From positions 1,326 to 65,325 of the forward strand of contig JAFTFE010000095.1 of the NCBI GenBank assembly GCA_017449765.1: a stretch of DNA of 64,000 bases. The letters are read 5' to 3'. This document shows, piece by piece, positions 19,909 through 26,921 of the stretch; position 1 is the stretch's first letter; every line of letters begins with the position of its first letter. Made by a program: the position numbers and the translations under genes. The notes below the pieces were generated by a model. It searched no databases. It was not told the DNA's origin and was given only the letters and a program-made list of their open reading frames with translations. This DNA comes from Lachnospiraceae bacterium. GTDB lineage: Bacteria > Bacillota > Clostridia > Lachnospirales > Lachnospiraceae.

Positions 19909-19942
19909 TATGACGATTATGTGACTTTTGTTATGATAAAAA
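19909..19942 (+). promoter_or_regulatory. Conserved TGAC-N7-TGAC box plus extended -10 (copy 2)
   Basis: tatgacgattatgtgactttt followed by TG-a-TAAAAA at the same spacing as copy 1. Confidence 0.65.
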
Positions 19943-19967
19943 TGTATGTAAAGGGGCAACGTAGATT

Positions 19968-20837
19968 ATGAGTGTTGAAATAAATCCTTTGTTTTCAGTC
20001 GGATATGTGGATACGAAAAAACCGGGAGTATTTCTTGAGCTTATGGCTGAAGATATAAAAGAGCGTGTGATAAATGAAGAAGGGCTTTATATTATAGGCC
20101 TTACTTCTGAAGAATACGCAGCGGGTGCACTTGTTTTTGAACGTATCCATGATTATCTGGAGATAGTTTCTTTATATGTATTGCCTGAGTTCAGACATAA
20201 AGGCGGTTCGAGACTTTTACTTGCAGCACTTGAGGCTATAGCTTCAAAGCTTGATTATATTGTGACTGCAAGATTTAGTATGGTTGACGGCGAAACTGAG
20301 CTTTTGGAGGAGGCATTTGAAAATGCAGATTTTCAAAAGAGGGAGGATGTGGATTATAAAACCTACATAGTAACCTTGGCAGATTGTGAAGATGCCGAAA
20401 GCTTAAAAAAGGTAAAGAAAAATCCTAAGATAAAGTATTTTTCAGAACTGACTGATAATAAGTTAAAAAGCTACAATAAACAGGCTGAAGAAAAATTCGC
20501 ACCACTTCCTATAGACGGGCTTACGAGTGAGACGGTTGACAGAGAGCTTTCGGCTGTTTATGAGGAAAACGGACGTATAAAGGGTTATGTTGTGATTGAA
20601 AATATCTCATATAAAAATGGAATTCGTGTTGCTGCGGCATATAACGGAAGTGATAATCCTCTTATACTTATGTGGCTCCTTAAGGCTGCAATTTCTGCGG
20701 CAGAAAATAAATATGATGCAAATATCCCGCTTGTTATTGATGTTGTAGATGATAATGCAGACAGATTTGTTCGCTATATACTTCCGGAGGTTACAGAGGT
20801 ATCAAGAATCTTTGATAAGGTGCCGGATATGGTCTAG
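19968..20837 (+). CDS. GNAT acetyltransferase (tandem GNAT-like)
   Basis: LEIVSLYVLPEFRHKGGSRLLL; similar along its length to 15454..16431. Confidence 0.8.
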   Translation: MSVEINPLFSVGYVDTKKPGVFLELMAEDIKERVINEEGLYIIGLTSEEYAAGALVFERIHDYLEIVSLYVLPEFRHKGGSRLLLAALEAIASKLDYIVTARFSMVDGETELLEEAFENADFQKREDVDYKTYIVTLADCEDAESLKKVKKNPKIKYFSELTDNKLKSYNKQAEEKFAPLPIDGLTSETVDRELSAVYEENGRIKGYVVIENISYKNGIRVAAAYNGSDNPLILMWLLKAAISAAENKYDANIPLVIDVVDDNADRFVRYILPEVTEVSRIFDKVPDMV

Positions 20838-20846
20838 GAGGAGAAG

Positions 20847-21953
20847 ATGGATAATAATTACACAGATGAGCTTTTTAAAAATGATAAAAAAGCAGACCAA
20901 AACATTATAAATACCAATAATGTTAAGGAAGATGTTCAAAATATCAATAACATAAATATGTCTAATGACGGATTTGAGAATCTTAACTTCAATGCTGAGA
21001 GAGAAGCTAACGATAAGTTTATGAAAAGATATAAAGAGCAGGTTATGATGGGCGATATCAAGGATTACAGTATTTTTGAGGTAAAGGAAGAGGATACTAA
21101 ATTAAAAAAGACATTGGAAGGTTATCTTCCTGTTATCATTGCTGATAATTACCGGTTAATAGGAAAGAGTCCTGTTGATAAGATTCCGGAGATTGAACCT
21201 GTTCAGTCAAACTATAGTTTTAGTATAAAGGGTATGGTAGCCAAAGGCAAGGATGCGTGGCATACACATAAACTAAAGAAAGAGTATTCAAAAACATATA
21301 ATGATGATTCGCCTGAGATAGACAGCACTTCATATAAGTTAAGAAAGAGTACACAGACTTATAATGAGGAAAATAAAGACGAAATAGAGGAAGCTAAGGA
21401 ATATGAAAATCAGTCTCATTTAAGCGATGAAGAGTTCTCATATGAAAGCAGTTTAATTAAAGATAATGATAAAGCTAAAGAAAAAGATAAAAAGAAAACT
21501 AATTTTAACGCTCTTTTGAAAAGCTCTATGTCATTTTATTTTAAGTCAGCTCTTTGCAATGAAACTTATATGGTAACTCATTATGCGGACTTAAGAAAAA
21601 ATGTTGATCAGTGTATTATTCTTCCTGAAATGATGAAACGCGACGGCAAATATTGGAGCACTTTATCACAGGATATGAAGGATATGATCGATCTTCAGGC
21701 TAAGACAGCCAAATGCTTTAAGGCGTTATTTATAGCATTTGGAAAAAGGCATCATATAGATGTCATGACCGGAGAGTTTTATCCTGAGGGACTTTCTGAA
21801 AAAGAATATCGCGATTACAAGCTCGAGTATAAGATGATACTTAAAGACAATTATAAATATTTATATAAACTAAAGGAAAAGAATAATTTTGCTTCTTCCA
21901 ACGAGATAGAAGCATTGCTTAAAAAGATATCGATAGGAAACTTAGATGAGTAA
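20847..21953 (+). CDS. Hypothetical helical protein (368 aa)
   Basis: AGGAGG RBS; N-rich, probably disordered N-terminus beginning MDNNY. Confidence 0.8.
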   Translation: MDNNYTDELFKNDKKADQNIINTNNVKEDVQNINNINMSNDGFENLNFNAEREANDKFMKRYKEQVMMGDIKDYSIFEVKEEDTKLKKTLEGYLPVIIADNYRLIGKSPVDKIPEIEPVQSNYSFSIKGMVAKGKDAWHTHKLKKEYSKTYNDDSPEIDSTSYKLRKSTQTYNEENKDEIEEAKEYENQSHLSDEEFSYESSLIKDNDKAKEKDKKKTNFNALLKSSMSFYFKSALCNETYMVTHYADLRKNVDQCIILPEMMKRDGKYWSTLSQDMKDMIDLQAKTAKCFKALFIAFGKRHHIDVMTGEFYPEGLSEKEYRDYKLEYKMILKDNYKYLYKLKEKNNFASSNEIEALLKKISIGNLDE

Positions 21954-21986
21954 AACAAGGTAATATTAAGATGGAGGATAAGCAAA

Positions 21987-24900
21987 GTGGATGATAATTT
22001 TATAAGTACAACACAGATAAAACCGCATGAGCTTATAAAAACAGGCGAGAATACTACAATTATTAATAATGATATGCAGTTGCGTAACAACCCTGTTCAA
22101 AACTATGCTCCCGATGAACATAAGGCTATAAATAACGACCGTTATATGTATAAAATATATGATACACCCGATGAAACGGTATTTGGAAAAGAATATAAGG
22201 CACAGTTTAAAGAACGTATCACAAATGAAGAACGAAAAAAAAAGATCGCGAACAAAAGGTCGCGTCTTTTTGTAAAGCATAAAAATGCCGATTTGATTCA
22301 AAAGTCCGACAAGGACTTCAGGATAGGAGCATATGATACATTAAATCGTGCCATAACAAAGCAGGCTTTCAGAATGGATAAGGAAGACTATAACGACCTT
22401 GCCATGTTTATGAAGGATGGTAAAGATGAATATAATATAAAGCTTGTTAATCTTTATATGGGAAAAAGTGTTAAAAAAGGTCCCGGCGGATTGGAGGGGC
22501 AGGATGTACATCTTGCTCTCGGGCATATGGCAAAACAGCTTTTTGCCATAGATATCAGTGCGCTTAATTTTAAAAATGATACCGAAATGTCAAAGTGTGC
22601 GCCTATGTTTGAAAAGCTGTCAGGACAGGTTGCTGCCTTTGACAGGCTTTCCGCAAAGCATAATTATATGTCAGGCTTAAACGAAGATGAACAAAAAACA
22701 CTTAATGAACGTTTGGAGGTACTTCGTTCGGTTGCTGCGTATTATGCTGTAAGAAAAGAGATTATATGCGATAAGTATTACAAGACACATTACAATGATG
22801 AAATATCATTGGATGTGGGAGGTGCATCTGCCGACGAGCAAAGAACTATCGGAGAAAAACTCGTAAAATCTCTTATTCTTGGAAGAAATATGCTTAGAAT
22901 TAACGGGATTGATATTACCAAGCCAAAATATAAGGGAAATATACGTTATACAAGTGATAAAAGTCTTACTGCCTTTAAATCGATATATAGAGATTATACC
23001 AAAGACGGTAAGTGTAAGGAAATAACAAATAATGTACATGTGTCCAAGGATTCTTTGGCCATGGAAGAGCTTTTAAGATGTCAAAAAAAATTAGAGAGTC
23101 TTAATCGTGAAGCACCGCTTAAAGAACAGCAAAATATTCAGTCATCCATGAAAGCAGTTCAAAATCGTGCATTTGCACCGGTGCAACGTCCCGAAAACAG
23201 AACAGGAATACTATCAAAACTAAAAAACAGACTGATGCTTGGATACAGATTTTTACTTCGCGGTACAGCAGGAGTTGTTTCGGCTATTGTTCTGAACCTT
23301 ATTAATGGAACGGAGGCAGCTATATTTGAACCCGGAAGAAGGAAAGAAGCACAGGAAAAAAGAGATCACGAATCCGTTCCGGGAAGAAAAGGAGAATTTT
23401 TCAGAGAAGAAGTTGTAAGAAAAAATGAAAAGGGTGAGGATCTTGATGTTTATTCGGATGTAAGGCGAGGTCCTCTTGTATGGGAGAAGCTTACGGCAGG
23501 GGACCCTGAGGAACCGCCTGAGGTAACTATCATGATGCAACAAAGTAAACGCGGAAGCAGAACGGCATTAAAGTCGTTCGATATGGGGCACGCCATGATA
23601 GGTCTTTCTTACAGCAGATATAATAAGACGACAAAAAGAAAAGAGCGTTATCAGCTTAGAATGGGCTTTTATCCGGGCGGAGGACTTATTATGGGTACAG
23701 CACTTTCTATGTTTGGAGGTGCGACTATTCCGGGAAGGCTGTCAGAGGATACTAAACATCATTATGATATATCACGTCGTTATCAGGTAAAACCGGGTGA
23801 TATAAACAAGATACTTCGTGCATCCGAAAAATATGCCGATAAAGGCTATAATTATTTCTCACGTAATTGTACAACCTTTGTGGTTGATATGGCAAAGCTT
23901 ATAAATCTCCCCGTAAGTAAAGAGTTTAAAGAAGATGAGATGGAATTTGAAGGGGGTAAAGGCTTTCTGGCTCAAACGCTTTTTGCGGGAAAAGATTCCG
24001 GAATATATATGGGTGCAAATGCAATTTCATCCCGTATGAACAAAATAGATTTGGATTATCTGAATTTTGGTCAAAACAGATATACTAAAGAGGAGCTTGA
24101 CAGATATTATAAGACAATTGAAAGCGGAGAACTTGTAAAGAAAGGTTATTCTCCGTCTGTTGCCGGCGAGACATTAAGAGATTCAAATAATGGAGAACTC
24201 AGTGCATTTTTTAAAGAACATAAAAATATTAAATTATCAGATTTGAGGGATTCTATAGCTGCTACCGGTTCAGAGTTATGGGCAGAGATTATTAAGCTTA
24301 TTCCCGAGGATAAAATTAATGCTTTTGATGATGAAGCGATGACGGCTATGATTGGTGTAGGTGATGCTGATATATATTTATTGCGCGAAGATGAAAAAAC
24401 TACACCCGATCAGGTGCGTGAAGCACATAAAAAAGTAAGAAATGCCATGAAAATAATCAATAAGTATTATGCTGAACGCCTTGGAAATGACGCAAGACTT
24501 AATCCGTTAGTTATGAAGCTTTTAAGCTTGTATGAAACTGCTCTTTTGCTTGCGGATGAAGTATATGATGATGTTGTGTCTAAAGCCGTAAAGGGAGACG
24601 TAGGCATATCCAGATATAATTTTAATCATCTTGAACAGGAGATATACATAGTTAACGATAAAAAAGAAAAGATAAAAACAAGTATGTCACCGGGAGAATA
24701 TGAGGGATATCTTTTGGCTCATAAGACACCGGAGGAAGCGATTTATTTAAAAGCCAGATATGATGAGATAATGGCTATTCCTAAAAATAAAAGAACCGAC
24801 GAACATGAAAAGGAATTTAAGGAACTTTTGTATTATGTTTTATTAGCTGAGGATTTTGCAAAAGCAAACCGTTATATTTTAGAAAAGGATGATTTTGATG

Positions 24901-25382
24901 AAAAGGATATAAAATACGCTTTTCACGAGCTTCCGAGGATGGAGAGATCGGGACCTAACGGTGATAAAATCGGAGGAGATTTTATGACTCATTATCGCCC
25001 TAGCTTTACATATCAGGGTGTAATATTTGAAAAAATATTTGGAGGATTTGCACAATTACATCTTGAAAAAATTCCCGGGATAAAAGACAAGACGGTAGTA
25101 TTGGATAGATATATTACAGAAGGATTTGAAAAAAATCGCGAAATTATGAAGACTATACTTAAGTGGTATATCGAAGGAAAAGATAAAGCATCGCAGGGAC
25201 TTGCTATTGACTTTTTATCAGATATGGAGGATAGTTGTATAAGTCCGGCATATCATAACTTCAAATCATTTGACCATGCATCCATATCAGCCTGTACCAT
25301 GATAATGTCAAATGGTGCAAATTGTATAACATGGCTTACAAATGAGATTGATTTGATTAAAAATGCAGGGGGTATAAATTAA
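21987..25382 (+). CDS. Large protein with putative permuted papain-like (His...Cys) catalytic domain
   Basis: GHAMIGL ... GFYPG ... YNYFSRNCTTFV; GTG start with GGAGG RBS. Confidence 0.7.
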   Translation: MDDNFISTTQIKPHELIKTGENTTIINNDMQLRNNPVQNYAPDEHKAINNDRYMYKIYDTPDETVFGKEYKAQFKERITNEERKKKIANKRSRLFVKHKNADLIQKSDKDFRIGAYDTLNRAITKQAFRMDKEDYNDLAMFMKDGKDEYNIKLVNLYMGKSVKKGPGGLEGQDVHLALGHMAKQLFAIDISALNFKNDTEMSKCAPMFEKLSGQVAAFDRLSAKHNYMSGLNEDEQKTLNERLEVLRSVAAYYAVRKEIICDKYYKTHYNDEISLDVGGASADEQRTIGEKLVKSLILGRNMLRINGIDITKPKYKGNIRYTSDKSLTAFKSIYRDYTKDGKCKEITNNVHVSKDSLAMEELLRCQKKLESLNREAPLKEQQNIQSSMKAVQNRAFAPVQRPENRTGILSKLKNRLMLGYRFLLRGTAGVVSAIVLNLINGTEAAIFEPGRRKEAQEKRDHESVPGRKGEFFREEVVRKNEKGEDLDVYSDVRRGPLVWEKLTAGDPEEPPEVTIMMQQSKRGSRTALKSFDMGHAMIGLSYSRYNKTTKRKERYQLRMGFYPGGGLIMGTALSMFGGATIPGRLSEDTKHHYDISRRYQVKPGDINKILRASEKYADKGYNYFSRNCTTFVVDMAKLINLPVSKEFKEDEMEFEGGKGFLAQTLFAGKDSGIYMGANAISSRMNKIDLDYLNFGQNRYTKEELDRYYKTIESGELVKKGYSPSVAGETLRDSNNGELSAFFKEHKNIKLSDLRDSIAATGSELWAEIIKLIPEDKINAFDDEAMTAMIGVGDADIYLLREDEKTTPDQVREAHKKVRNAMKIINKYYAERLGNDARLNPLVMKLLSLYETALLLADEVYDDVVSKAVKGDVGISRYNFNHLEQEIYIVNDKKEKIKTSMSPGEYEGYLLAHKTPEEAIYLKARYDEIMAIPKNKRTDEHEKEFKELLYYVLLAEDFAKANRYILEKDDFDEKDIKYAFHELPRMERSGPNGDKIGGDFMTHYRPSFTYQGVIFEKIFGGFAQLHLEKIPGIKDKTVVLDRYITEGFEKNREIMKTILKWYIEGKDKASQGLAIDFLSDMEDSCISPAYHNFKSFDHASISACTMIMSNGANCITWLTNEIDLIKNAGGIN

Positions 25383-25383
25383 T

Positions 25384-25866
25384 ATGGTTCCTGAATATAA
25401 AGAGATAACAAAAGAAGAATTGGAAACCTATCGTGAACTTATACTTCCGATGGTTTATGAAGAGCTTTCCGAACAGGATGAAATTAATACGGAATATATC
25501 TGTATCGCATCATGGCTTAATGGTGAGCCTGCAGGAGTTATTATATCCGAGCTTTTGGGAAACGGGGATATGAATTTACTCAGTATCTGGACAGCGCAAA
25601 AATACAGACGTATGGGTATAGCATCAGCACTTCGCGATAAGATGACTGAGGTTGCCGTTAACCTGTATGATTGGGAAGAAGGTCAATACGGGGATGATAT
25701 TACATTAAATACAATGTACTCACTTTCTGACAGATACCGCAAGACTTTTGAAGCATGGCTTGAAAAAAATGATTTTACGGATTTTTGTATCATTAAAGAA
25801 GCTTCGGACGGAGCATCCGACATATGCAGTGCAACTGCTGAGATTCATTTTATGAGATTTAGTTAA
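25384..25866 (+). CDS. GNAT acetyltransferase (single domain)
   Basis: LLSIWTAQKYRRMGIASAL; starts 1 bp after the upstream stop. Confidence 0.8.
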   Translation: MVPEYKEITKEELETYRELILPMVYEELSEQDEINTEYICIASWLNGEPAGVIISELLGNGDMNLLSIWTAQKYRRMGIASALRDKMTEVAVNLYDWEEGQYGDDITLNTMYSLSDRYRKTFEAWLEKNDFTDFCIIKEASDGASDICSATAEIHFMRFS

Positions 25867-25949
25867 TAAAATATCGGTTGCATTGTGTTTGAATTGGTTG
25901 ATTTTCATGATATAATTGTTGAAAATATTGTTATTGGCAGGGGAGAAAT

Positions 25950-26915
25950 ATGAGACAGGATACTAAAAAATATTTTGATATGCCGGAAAGCTTTTTAAAT
26001 GCGGTTTCGGAGCTTGGATATAAGGAGATTTCGTGGGAACTTCAAGAGGTTTTCGATCCGTATTATGATAAGATGAACGGACATTGGTGCGCCAATACAA
26101 GTTTTCTTAATTTCTGGAGCTGGAAAGAGCCTATCCCGACATATTACAGGTTTTCCGATGATAAGGAATATATATATATTTTGTTTTTTCAAAGAGAGAC
26201 AGGCAGGCCGATAGCATCGCCATGCCTTGGTTTTTATACGGAGGAAAAGCTTAAGAAGGTTGTCAGGGATATAAAAAAGGACTTTGAATTTATGGGATAT
26301 CCGTTAAGATTCTGTGATATTACTCCGTGGATGCTTCCGTATTATACCGGAGCCGGTATAGATTTTATTGTGGAAGACTTAAGGGAAATTCAGGATTATG
26401 TATTTACTCCGGAGGAGTTTAAGGCAGGACTTGATATGCCTGATGACAGATACCGCTACAGATATTTTAAAAGAAAATATAATTATGAAACCGTTGAGCT
26501 TGAACCGTCACTTACCGATGAGTGTGTAAGCTTTATGGAAGAACACTGGTGCGGTGATAAAACCTGTGAGGAGTGTACCTATGGATGCCTTAAAAAGGTT
26601 ATCGAAAATGCGGTTTCGAGGTTTGATATTTTGCGTGGATATGGTATACTTGTAAGAGTAGACGGAAAAGCTGCCGGTCTTTGTATCGTGACAAATAGAA
26701 ACGGTCTTGGCATCTACCAGTATAAAAATGCGATTAACAAAATAAAAGGTCTTAACGAATATCTGCTTACCGAAAGCTTTGAACGATATATGCAGAATGT
26801 TGATATGATTAATTATACGGAAGATATGGGTATGGAAAGCTTAAGGTATTATAAGCAGCATATGGCACCGAGTTATTCACTTTTATCAAAATATAATCTT
26901 ATAGAAAAGGTATAG
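25950..26915 (+). CDS. DUF2156 / aminoacyl-phosphatidylglycerol synthase C-terminal-like (GNAT-fold) protein
   Basis: SFLNFWSW; YKNA...KGLNEYL; INYTEDMGMESLRYYKQ signature. Confidence 0.75.
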   Translation: MRQDTKKYFDMPESFLNAVSELGYKEISWELQEVFDPYYDKMNGHWCANTSFLNFWSWKEPIPTYYRFSDDKEYIYILFFQRETGRPIASPCLGFYTEEKLKKVVRDIKKDFEFMGYPLRFCDITPWMLPYYTGAGIDFIVEDLREIQDYVFTPEEFKAGLDMPDDRYRYRYFKRKYNYETVELEPSLTDECVSFMEEHWCGDKTCEECTYGCLKKVIENAVSRFDILRGYGILVRVDGKAAGLCIVTNRNGLGIYQYKNAINKIKGLNEYLLTESFERYMQNVDMINYTEDMGMESLRYYKQHMAPSYSLLSKYNLIEKV

Positions 26916-26921
26916 ATAATC

